A stretch of 64,000 nucleotides of DNA. Origin: Patescibacteria group bacterium (GTDB lineage Bacteria > Patescibacteriota > Patescibacteriia > UBA9934). Each line of letters starts with the position of its first letter. Positions within the stretch are counted from its first letter, which is position 1. The notes below the pieces were generated by a model. The model had not been told where the DNA came from and ran no database searches. It worked only from the letters and a program-made list of their open reading frames with translations. The DNA is taken from positions 1,058 through 65,057 of the forward strand of contig JAGORL010000003.1 in assembly GCA_018062825.1 (NCBI GenBank), written 5' to 3'. This document shows, piece by piece, positions 37,923 through 45,154 of this stretch. The translations under genes and the position numbers were made by a program.

Positions 37923-38489
37923 CTACTTATTCACGCGCTCGACGTAGTCGCCAGCTTCGGTGTTAATCATCACAGCGTCACCCTCTTTGATGAAAATTGG
38001 AACGCGGATGGAAAGACCGTTATCACAGATCGCTTCCTTAGTGACGTTACCGGAAGCGGTATCACCACGCACGGCCGGATCGGTCTGCTTGATGGTGTAT
38101 TCAATCTTTAATGGCAACTCCATTGCAATAGCCTTTTCACCATGCATGAGGATGGTGACTTCCAGGCCTTCCTTGAGGTACTTAAAGTCATCGCCGACAA
38201 CGTCACGACCAAGAGCAACCTGCTCAAAGGTGTGGCCATCCATGAAGGTCAGGGTGTTTTCATCACCGAAGATGTAGGACATCTTCTTGAACTGTACCTG
38301 CTCGAAGGTAAGCGTTTCAGCAGACTTGAAGTTTACTTCTTGCATTTTGCCGCTTGAAAGTGACTTCATGCGGGAACGAACAAATGAACTGCCCTTACCT
38401 GGAGAAACACGCTGGAAAGTAATAACAACCCAGAGATCGCCGTCGTAGTTAATGACTGTACCTTTCTTAATGTCGTTTGGGGAGGCCAT
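37923..38489 (-). CDS. efp: translation elongation factor P
   Basis: The 188-aa product has the canonical EF-P fold sequence. The modification-loop lysine is present (VSPGKGSSF). Confidence 0.9.
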   Translation of the reverse strand: MASPNDIKKGTVINYDGDLWVVITFQRVSPGKGSSFVRSRMKSLSSGKMQEVNFKSAETLTFEQVQFKKMSYIFGDENTLTFMDGHTFEQVALGRDVVGDDFKYLKEGLEVTILMHGEKAIAMELPLKIEYTIKQTDPAVRGDTASGNVTKEAICDNGLSIRVPIFIKEGDAVMINTEAGDYVERVNK

Positions 38490-38534
38490 AGTTTAGTAAG
38501 TATGGATAGTAAGTAGGGAGTAGGCGACCTGTCA

Positions 38535-39506
38535 CTAAAATCGCTGCGATGGAGGAAAAGGATGAATGGCGTCGATATCGTTGACGCCGGCCAGGAGCAT
38601 GACCAGACGGTCAACGCCGAGCGCATTTCCAAACGTGGGATTTTGCACGGAGGATAGCCGAGTTAGCAACTCTTCGTCAATCGGAAAGACTTCTTTACCG
38701 GCGTTTTTTCGCTCAATAGCCTCAAGTTCAAAGCGTTTTCGTTGTTCTTTGCCGTCGGTAAGCTCTGTGAATCCGTTGCAGATTTCGAGACCTTGCACGT
38801 ATGCCTCAAAGCGCTCGGCAAAATGGCCATCGCCACCGACTTTTGCTAACGAAGCGCAGCACACAGGGTACTCGCAAAGGAAAAAACGGTCGTGCTGCTT
38901 TTCAAGTAGCGGCATAACGATCGACGCAAAGAGACGATCAACGAGCTCATGGCGCAGCTCCCCCGGCTCCATTGAGACGTGATACTTACTACCGAGCTCA
39001 TGAAGCTTTGCTATTTCGATACTGTCCGGATGAGCGCTGAAAGTATTTGTGAATTCGTCTACGTAACTTACTCGCGACCAGGGTTTAGCTCCGAGAATTG
39101 CATCAACGAGTTCGCCGGTTTGTTTCATGCCGTGATTGTAATCCGCGCCTTGCTCGTACCATTCGAGCATGGTGAATTCAATACTCCAACGTTCGCCGAG
39201 TTTCTCGATGTTGCGAAAGACCGGCGTAATGGTGAAGATCTTTTCAAGGCCAGCGCCAAGTAGCTTCTTCATGGCGTACTCAGGGCTTGTGATAAGTCCG
39301 CCTCGATGGGATTCGATGCCACGACCCGCTGTTATTTTTTTTATTTCGACGGCAACCGGATCTAAATTCGGCTCCATGCCGGGAGACGCAACAAGTAACG
39401 GAGTTCGTACTTCACGATACTTTTGATCGACAAAAAACTGGCGTATTGATTTTTCAACGCGCTCCCAGAGATCTAATCGATACTTTATGTCGTCGCGACT
39501 TAACAT
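38535..39506 (-). CDS. epmA: EF-P lysine aminoacylase EpmA (GenX/PoxA), a paralogue of class-II lysyl-tRNA synthetase
   Basis: The 323-aa product contains only the LysRS catalytic core (class II motifs ..FRNE.., ..GLGxDR..) and lacks an anticodon-binding domain. It lies directly next to efp. Confidence 0.8.
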   Translation of the reverse strand: MLSRDDIKYRLDLWERVEKSIRQFFVDQKYREVRTPLLVASPGMEPNLDPVAVEIKKITAGRGIESHRGGLITSPEYAMKKLLGAGLEKIFTITPVFRNIEKLGERWSIEFTMLEWYEQGADYNHGMKQTGELVDAILGAKPWSRVSYVDEFTNTFSAHPDSIEIAKLHELGSKYHVSMEPGELRHELVDRLFASIVMPLLEKQHDRFFLCEYPVCCASLAKVGGDGHFAERFEAYVQGLEICNGFTELTDGKEQRKRFELEAIERKNAGKEVFPIDEELLTRLSSVQNPTFGNALGVDRLVMLLAGVNDIDAIHPFPPSQRF

Positions 39507-39567
39507 AGAACAATAAATCCCCCATCGCCCGCACTTTCGTTTTGGGCTGTGGGGGATTTTTTGTAGT

Positions 39568-39792
39568 TTACTTGTTTACGAACGGAAGCAAACCGATGAA
39601 ACGTGCACGCTTGATCTCTGCAGCTACTGTACGCTGACAGGAAGCACAGAGGCCGTTACGCTTGCGCGAAACGATCTTACCGAAGGAAGAAACAAAGCGG
39701 CGGAGGAACTCGGTGTTCTTGTAGTTGATGGTGTCTTTGGTGCGGGCCTTACAAATCGGGCAACCGCCTTCAGGACGTGTGTTCTTATTCAT
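39568..39792 (-). CDS. rpsR: 30S ribosomal protein S18
   Basis: The 74-aa product reads ..CPICKARTKDTINYKNTEFLRRFVSSFGKIVSRKRNGLCASCQR.., which is typical of S18. Confidence 0.9.
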   Translation of the reverse strand: MNKNTRPEGGCPICKARTKDTINYKNTEFLRRFVSSFGKIVSRKRNGLCASCQRTVAAEIKRARFIGLLPFVNK

Positions 39793-39798
39793 AGCATT

Positions 39799-40248
39799 TT
39801 AGAAGGGAATATCTTCGATCTTGATCTCACTGTCAGCAGGGGCAACAGGTTCATCAACGGCGTCAGCAAATGGCTGACTGGTAGCTGGACGAGGCGAACC
39901 GCCAGTAGGAGCACCGGCACGATCAAGCATGATCATGTTCTCGGCAACAACTTCCGTGCGGTAACGCTTTTGGCCATCTGTTCCTTCCCATTCACGGGTT
40001 TGGATACGACCATCGATGTACACCTTTTTTCCCTTATTGAGATACTGGCCACAGATCTCTGCCAATTTCCCCCACGCCACAATGTTGTGATAGTCGGCGT
40101 TCTCTTTCTTTTGACCAGCAGCATCTACGTAGACGCGGTTGGTCGCAAGTGAGAATGAACAGACTGACTGCCCGGACGGCGTCTTTCGCAACTCTGGGTC
40201 GCGAGTAAGATTACCGATGAGCATGGCTTTATTGAGCGAGCCGGCCAT
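39799..40248 (-). CDS. ssb: single-stranded DNA-binding protein
   Basis: An OB-fold N-terminus is followed by a Gly/Pro-rich tail that ends in the conserved acidic tip ..IKIEDIPF. Confidence 0.9.
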   Translation of the reverse strand: MAGSLNKAMLIGNLTRDPELRKTPSGQSVCSFSLATNRVYVDAAGQKKENADYHNIVAWGKLAEICGQYLNKGKKVYIDGRIQTREWEGTDGQKRYRTEVVAENMIMLDRAGAPTGGSPRPATSQPFADAVDEPVAPADSEIKIEDIPF

Positions 40249-40254
40249 ATATCT

Positions 40255-40719
40255 TTAGAGGTTCTCGGTTACATCAGCCTCGACGAGTTCACCAGCCTTA
40301 GCGGCGGCTTCCTCAGCTGACACAGCCTTCTCAGCCAACTTCTCAGCACGAGCGCGATCGTACTCTGGAGCACGGCGACCCTCGGTGGTGATTGGCTGGA
40401 CGTATGAGGTGACCTTGAATTCCTTCTCTGGAATGCCTGCGGGGCAAGCAAGGATGAGGTGGCGGAGCACTTCATCTGAGAGACGCAAGTTCAAATCGAG
40501 CTTCATCATCTTCTCGGTATCGGCCTCTACATAGAAGAGGACGTAGGTGCCATGGCGCTGGTGCTTAATTGGGTAAGCGATCTTCAGTTTGCCAAGGTTC
40601 TGGGACTTTTTGACGGTGCCGCCGGCGGCTTCCATCTGCTTCCCAATCTCTGCGATCACACCATCAACCTCGGAGTCCGAGAACTGGGATGGGACGATCG
40701 TCATGATTTCGTAGATCAT
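40255..40719 (-). CDS. rpsF: 30S ribosomal protein S6
   Basis: MIYEIMTIV.. is an S6 N-terminus. The order rpsF-ssb-rpsR is the conserved operon arrangement. The protein has an acidic C-terminal tail. Confidence 0.9.
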   Translation of the reverse strand: MIYEIMTIVPSQFSDSEVDGVIAEIGKQMEAAGGTVKKSQNLGKLKIAYPIKHQRHGTYVLFYVEADTEKMMKLDLNLRLSDEVLRHLILACPAGIPEKEFKVTSYVQPITTEGRRAPEYDRARAEKLAEKAVSAEEAAAKAGELVEADVTENL

Positions 40720-40896
40720 AGGTGCTTGGTCCTTGGTCTAAACAAGGACATTGAGATGTGACTCTCAATACGGACAAGAATTAGTGGGCGAAGTGTAGTA
40801 CATTAGCCAAAAAAGGTCAATCTTTGAGCCATTTTGCGTGCCGTTCGTTATTTTACTTGAAAAAGTCGCGAACTTCTGCTAAAAAGTAGCCTATCT

Positions 40897-42129
40897 ATGC
40901 AAACCTTTGCCCTCCTTGGCGCACACCCTGAGCTTTCACTTGCTGAAATTAAAGCCGTAACAAACGACAGCGCGAACGCACGCTTTGGCAATGTGGCGGT
41001 TTTTGACGATGTTTCTTGGGGTGATTTGCCAACCTTGCAAGAAAAGCTTGGTGGTACGCAAAAGCTTGGAGCGATCATTGCGACCTTTGAAACGGTTGAT
41101 GTACCGATGCTTGCCACACTCATGGCAGAAGACCTTGCTAACCGACAACTTGATAAGAAGATTCCGTTTGGCATCTCGGTTTATGGCGGCAACGAGGCGC
41201 ACAAACTTCGTGAAGCGACACGTAAACTTGGCTTTGAAGTTAAAGGTATCCTTAAAGAGCGTGGAATCTCTGCGCGCTTTGTTGTCTCAAAGGACCCGAC
41301 GCTTTCGAGTGTTGTCTTGAAGAAGAACGGACTCCTTTCTGGTGGCGCTGAATTTGTTCTGCTTCCACAAGGCACAGGTTACGTGCTCGGCGTTACTGAG
41401 GCGGCGCAAGATGTTGATTCTTGGAGCTTGCGTGACTTTGGTCGACCACGACGTAATGCCAAGCAAGGCATGTTCCCACCGAAACTTGCACGCATGCTTT
41501 TGAACCTAACTGGTAAGCGTATTGCTGGCGCGAGCGTTTTTGATCCGTTCTGTGGATCAGGAACCGTACTTATGGAAGCGGCAGTGCTTGGAGCAACGCG
41601 ACTTGTTGGAGCTGACATTAATGACACCGCTGTAGAAGACACCAAGAAGAACTTGGCGTGGCTTGCCGCAACCGTACCGATGAGCACACCGGAACTTCAT
41701 GTGAGCGATGCACGCGACGTAGCTTCGCTTGTAAAAACACCGGTCGACATTATCGTTACCGAAACGTATCTTGGTCGACCTCGTAAGGGCGTTGAGACGC
41801 GCGCGGAACTCCAGGAGACGATTAGCTACGTAGAGCGACTGTATCGTGACTGCTTCACCAAGCTTCGTGATGTCCTTACCGAAGACGGCGTCATCGTCCT
41901 CACTTCACCGAAGCATTTTCTTGCAAACGGCGAATCATTCGAGCTTCCAACGGTGCAGATCATGGAGGAGCTCGGCTATTATCATGCGCCTGTTGTTATC
42001 GAGGAACTTTTGTACAAGCATAAAGAGCAGATGGTTGGACGTCAGATTTTCCGCTTCTTGAAGCATGCGCCAAAGCAAGGCGGCCCGGCATCTATCAGCA
42101 TTTGGAAGACGATGATGGGGAAGGTGTAG
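40897..42129 (+). CDS. THUMP-domain RNA (guanine-N2) methyltransferase-like protein (Trm11/RlmL-like)
   Basis: The SAM-binding motif I DPFCGSGT is present. The motif FPPKLARMLLNLT resembles the LARxxxNLA motif of Trm11/m2G methyltransferases. The N-terminal half is THUMP-like. Confidence 0.65.
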   Translation: MQTFALLGAHPELSLAEIKAVTNDSANARFGNVAVFDDVSWGDLPTLQEKLGGTQKLGAIIATFETVDVPMLATLMAEDLANRQLDKKIPFGISVYGGNEAHKLREATRKLGFEVKGILKERGISARFVVSKDPTLSSVVLKKNGLLSGGAEFVLLPQGTGYVLGVTEAAQDVDSWSLRDFGRPRRNAKQGMFPPKLARMLLNLTGKRIAGASVFDPFCGSGTVLMEAAVLGATRLVGADINDTAVEDTKKNLAWLAATVPMSTPELHVSDARDVASLVKTPVDIIVTETYLGRPRKGVETRAELQETISYVERLYRDCFTKLRDVLTEDGVIVLTSPKHFLANGESFELPTVQIMEELGYYHAPVVIEELLYKHKEQMVGRQIFRFLKHAPKQGGPASISIWKTMMGKV

Positions 42130-42149
42130 GGAGTGAGATTAAAGTTGAA

Positions 42150-42183
42150 AGAGCATACGGCGATGAACCTATGCTCTTTTTTG
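42150..42183 (+). terminator. rho-independent terminator after the methyltransferase gene
   Basis: A stem of agagcata and tatgctct with a 12-nt loop is followed by TTTTTT. Confidence 0.55.
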
Positions 42184-42188
42184 TTGGC

Positions 42189-42217
42189 TTTACAGAAAGT
42201 CTCGTATTTGCTAGAGT
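42189..42217 (+). promoter_or_regulatory. sigma70-type promoter TTTACA-N17-(TGC)TAGAGT
   Basis: The sequence reads tttaca gaaagtctcgtatttgc tagagt. An AGGAGG ribosome-binding site lies about 6 nt before the ATG at 42245. Confidence 0.5.
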
Positions 42218-42244
42218 TTCTGGTTCCACCGCAGGAGGATATGT

Positions 42245-42616
42245 ATGGAACACGAGAAGGTCACGCCGCTCATTCCCCCGTTTACGATCATCGATCACCT
42301 GGTCGACCCCGCCGAGACCGTGCGGCTCATCGCTGCCGCTCAGGAACCGATCGCAAGCCTCCCCGGCTTTGCGATCATGTCGAGTTTCTTCGAGCACGAG
42401 GGTATTCGTACCGTGCTCGATCTCGTCACGTCGGACGACGCCCGTCTTTGCCACGTCGTCATCATGAACAAGTCCGCCGACTCGTTCGTCGATGCCGTAC
42501 TTGCGGAACGCGGACTGCGACGCGTCAACCCCGATACGACCATGCGCGCTCTGATCTACGACCTCGCTCGACGCAGTCGCCCGCCGCGTCTGAGCACCTG
42601 GCAGCAGTCGCCGTAG
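42245..42616 (+). CDS. hypothetical cytoplasmic protein (123 aa)
   Basis: It has its own promoter and an AGGAGG ribosome-binding site. The sequence looks protein-like (..IIDHLVDPAETVRLIAAAQEPIASLPGFAIMSSFFEHEGIRTVLDLV..). The competing antisense 218-aa ORF and the Arg-rich 194-aa ORF are judged spurious, as artefacts of high GC. Confidence 0.5.
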   Translation: MEHEKVTPLIPPFTIIDHLVDPAETVRLIAAAQEPIASLPGFAIMSSFFEHEGIRTVLDLVTSDDARLCHVVIMNKSADSFVDAVLAERGLRRVNPDTTMRALIYDLARRSRPPRLSTWQQSP

Positions 42617-42682
42617 TACCACGCCCGCCAATCTTGCCGCTTCTTGGTCGCCCGACCTTGATGAGCGCGCTCGATTGGCGGG

Positions 42683-42711
42683 TTGATTTTTTTGCAAATT
42701 TCTGCTATAAT
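42683..42711 (+). promoter_or_regulatory. sigma70-type promoter TTGATT-N17-(TGC)TATAAT
   Basis: The sequence reads ttgatt tttttgcaaatttctgc tataat, a perfect -10 hexamer with a 17-nt spacer. It lies about 40 nt upstream of the ATG at 42751, and a GGAG ribosome-binding site is present. Confidence 0.7.
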
Positions 42712-42750
42712 GATTAGTTAGGTTGCCCTTTCCCACCGGAGATTTCCTCA

Positions 42751-43461
42751 ATGTCTACCTCTCTCGCCCGCGTCAGCGCCAAGCTGAGCCTCGCCCTTCT
42801 TGTTCTGACCTTCATGCTGTGGTGCCTTGTGCGCATTATGCCGGCGCAGGCTGAGATGCGCGCGCCGGAGATCGTGCGTACTGCGACGGACACGGCGCCG
42901 CCGATCAGCGACCCCGTGCTTGCGCGCATCAACGACAAGCTCGCGACCGAGATCGAAAACGGTCTGCCCGCACAGGTGCGGGAGTGCCTGGCGCGCTATA
43001 AGAGTGTTTTTCGAGCGATCGAGAAGCGCAGTGGCGTGCCGATGGAACTGCTTGTTGGCGTCGCTACGATCGAGAGCGGCGGTTGTTCCCTGCCGAAGAA
43101 CGGCCCCGGGAACATCACGCACATCACGCTTGTTGACGATCGGCACCGTTTGAAGGCTGCCGAATTCGCGAAGACGACGCCCCAAGAGCTCAATGAGCTC
43201 GAATCGAGCTTCGATGCAGTAGCTATCACGGCGGCTGTATTGCGTGATTACAAGCGCCGCACCGACACTGGTCTTACCGGCATCATGGCGTACGAACGTG
43301 GCCCAGGGAACCTCCCTGACGACACTACGACACCGAACCGCTATGCCCGACGGGTACTAACGGCGGCAGCGTTTGCTCGCCGTATCCTGAACAAGGAACC
43401 GATCGTAGACAGCGATGGCATTGTCATCCACGTTACCGCCGACGAACTTCCGGAGTTCTAG
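42751..43461 (+). CDS. secreted SLT-domain (lytic transglycosylase-like) protein, 236 aa
   Basis: It has a Sec signal peptide with an AQA-EM cleavage site. An SLT-like catalytic motif is present (..LLVGVATIESGGCS..). The size is typical of small transglycosylase/lysozyme-like domains. Confidence 0.6.
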   Translation: MSTSLARVSAKLSLALLVLTFMLWCLVRIMPAQAEMRAPEIVRTATDTAPPISDPVLARINDKLATEIENGLPAQVRECLARYKSVFRAIEKRSGVPMELLVGVATIESGGCSLPKNGPGNITHITLVDDRHRLKAAEFAKTTPQELNELESSFDAVAITAAVLRDYKRRTDTGLTGIMAYERGPGNLPDDTTTPNRYARRVLTAAAFARRILNKEPIVDSDGIVIHVTADELPEF

Positions 43462-43508
43462 GCTCGTGCCCCGCCTTGCAGTAATGCTTGGTGGGGCTTT
43501 GTTATTTA

Positions 43509-43537
43509 TTGACTTTTTGGCTAATTTTTGCTATATT
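43509..43537 (+). promoter_or_regulatory. sigma70-type promoter TTGACT-N17-(TGC)TATATT
   Basis: The sequence reads ttgact ttttggctaatttttgc tatatt. It is about 83% identical over 29 nt to the promoter at 42683-42711. A GGAGG ribosome-binding site lies 4-5 nt before the ATG at 43563. Confidence 0.7.
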
Positions 43538-43562
43538 TCTTCTTGTCACTTTTGGAGGAACC

Positions 43563-43994
43563 ATGCGAAAGATCGCAACGCTGTTTGGTGCCTGGTTGGC
43601 CACGGCCGCGATTCTCATTTGTATCGATTGGCTGTACGTCAGCCCTTGGATGCAGGCGGGAAATGCGGCGACGAGCGCTGATGTGGACCTTATGCTTTCC
43701 GCCAGGTTGTGGTGCATGGAGGCTGACTATTGCAAGGTCCGGGTCCGTGACTCCACGGTTCAGGTACTCTCGATCTACAACAAGCGGGAGCATGTCCTCG
43801 AGGCCGAGCTCCCCCGAGGCTCACAGGTCTTGAGTATTCTCGCGTCACTCTGCGACCACAAGGACTGTGAGATCGAGGGTGACGACCAAAGTGCCATCAT
43901 TCGCCAGGATGGCCGGGATGCGGCCATGCTCTTGCACAACGACGATGGTCGAATCTCGACCCACATCCTCGCTCCGGCCATGGCCCGCGAGTAA
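43563..43994 (+). CDS. hypothetical small membrane-anchored Cys-containing protein (about 144 aa)
   Basis: The product begins MRKIATLFGAWLATAAILICIDWLYV, an N-terminal TM helix. The remainder probably faces outward and contains 4 Cys. The track extends the ORF back to a TTG at 43488, but the promoter and ribosome-binding site support 43563. Confidence 0.55.
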   Translation: MRKIATLFGAWLATAAILICIDWLYVSPWMQAGNAATSADVDLMLSARLWCMEADYCKVRVRDSTVQVLSIYNKREHVLEAELPRGSQVLSILASLCDHKDCEIEGDDQSAIIRQDGRDAAMLLHNDDGRISTHILAPAMARE

Positions 43995-44000
43995 CCGAAA

Positions 44001-44040
44001 GCCCCGGCTCCACACTTGGAGACCGGGGCGTCATTTTTTT
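44001..44040 (+). terminator. rho-independent terminator closing the island; it overlaps the ychF stop
   Basis: A stem of gccccggctcc and ggagaccggggc with a 6-nt loop is followed by TTTTTTT. Confidence 0.6.
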
Positions 44041-45154
44041 ATTGGTTGATGCGGAAGTGACAGACGTCACCATCTTGCACAATGTATTCCTTGCCTTCAA
44101 TGCGGAGCTTGCCGTTATCACGCGCACCGCTCTCGCCGTCAAAAGCCACGAAATCATTATAGGAGACCACTTCTGCGCGAATAAAGTTCTTTTCAAAATC
44201 AGTGTGAATGACCGCCGCTGCTTGCGGCGCCTTCATGCCACGCTCGATCGTCCAGGCACGCGATTCTTTTTCACCGGTGGTGAAATAGGTCACGAGATTG
44301 AGAAGTTCGTAACACTTTTTGATCACCTTATCGAGACCGGATTCGTTCATGCCGAGTGCTGAAAGCATCTCTGCCGCTTCCTCTACTGACAAACTCGCGA
44401 GTTCAGCCTCAATCTTTACGGAAATTGGTACTGCAAGACGATTTGGGCCAAGCGGTGAAACCCATGCCGGATTTTTTGCGGCCTCTTCATCAACGTTTAC
44501 CACGTAAAGAATTGGCTTGTTGGTGAGGAGCTGAATGGTCTTGACCGCTTCACGCTCTTCATTGGTAAGTTCAACGGAACGAGCGAGGTGACCTTGCTGC
44601 AGTGCAGTGTTCCACTTTTCAAGTGCTGAAGCTTGGGCGGCCATTTCTGGCGTTTTGCCAGCTTTCATTTTGCCGGTAATCGCATCGAGCATCTTTTCCA
44701 CGGTAGCAGCATCGGCCATTGCTAACTCAAGCTCGATAACCTCAACGTCACGGGCTGGATCAATCGAGCCGTCGACGTGGACGATGTCGTTGTTTTCAAA
44801 GGAGCGAACGACGTGCGCGATCATGTCGACCTCACGAATGTTGGCCAGGAATTTATTACCAAGACCCTCGCCTTTATGAGCACCCTTTACAAGACCGGCG
44901 ATATCAACGAATTCAATCGCGGTTGGAATGATCTTGGTGGAGTTCGACATCTTTGAGAGGGTTGCAAGGCGCGCATCTGGCACCTCAACAACACCAACGT
45001 TTGGCTCAATAGTACAAAAAGGGAAGTTTGCGCAATCAACCTGTTTTTTGGTGAGCGCAGTAAAGAGAGTGGACTTTCCGACGTTTGGAAGCCCAACGAT
45101 GCCAACATTCAACATAGATTTGCGCAGTGTAGTCGAAAGATCCTTACTGTGCAA
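44039..45154 (-). CDS. ychF: ribosome-binding ATPase YchF (Obg-like GTPase family)
   Basis: A G1 motif GLPNVGKST, a TGS domain and overall YchF conservation are present. The probable true start is the internal Met ([15 protein letters not shown]) at about 45115. Confidence 0.9.
   Translation of the reverse strand: MHSKDLSTTLRKSMLNVGIVGLPNVGKSTLFTALTKKQVDCANFPFCTIEPNVGVVEVPDARLATLSKMSNSTKIIPTAIEFVDIAGLVKGAHKGEGLGNKFLANIREVDMIAHVVRSFENNDIVHVDGSIDPARDVEVIELELAMADAATVEKMLDAITGKMKAGKTPEMAAQASALEKWNTALQQGHLARSVELTNEEREAVKTIQLLTNKPILYVVNVDEEAAKNPAWVSPLGPNRLAVPISVKIEAELASLSVEEAAEMLSALGMNESGLDKVIKKCYELLNLVTYFTTGEKESRAWTIERGMKAPQAAAVIHTDFEKNFIRAEVVSYNDFVAFDGESGARDNGKLRIEGKEYIVQDGDVCHFRINQ

Noticed and set aside
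42095-42751. A 218-aa minus-strand ORF and a 194-aa Arg-rich plus-strand ORF (42133..42717) in the GC-rich island
   Set aside because: High GC keeps several frames open. The products are Arg/Pro-rich and of low complexity, with no ribosome-binding site or promoter. The 123-aa plus-strand gene does have a promoter and a ribosome-binding site.
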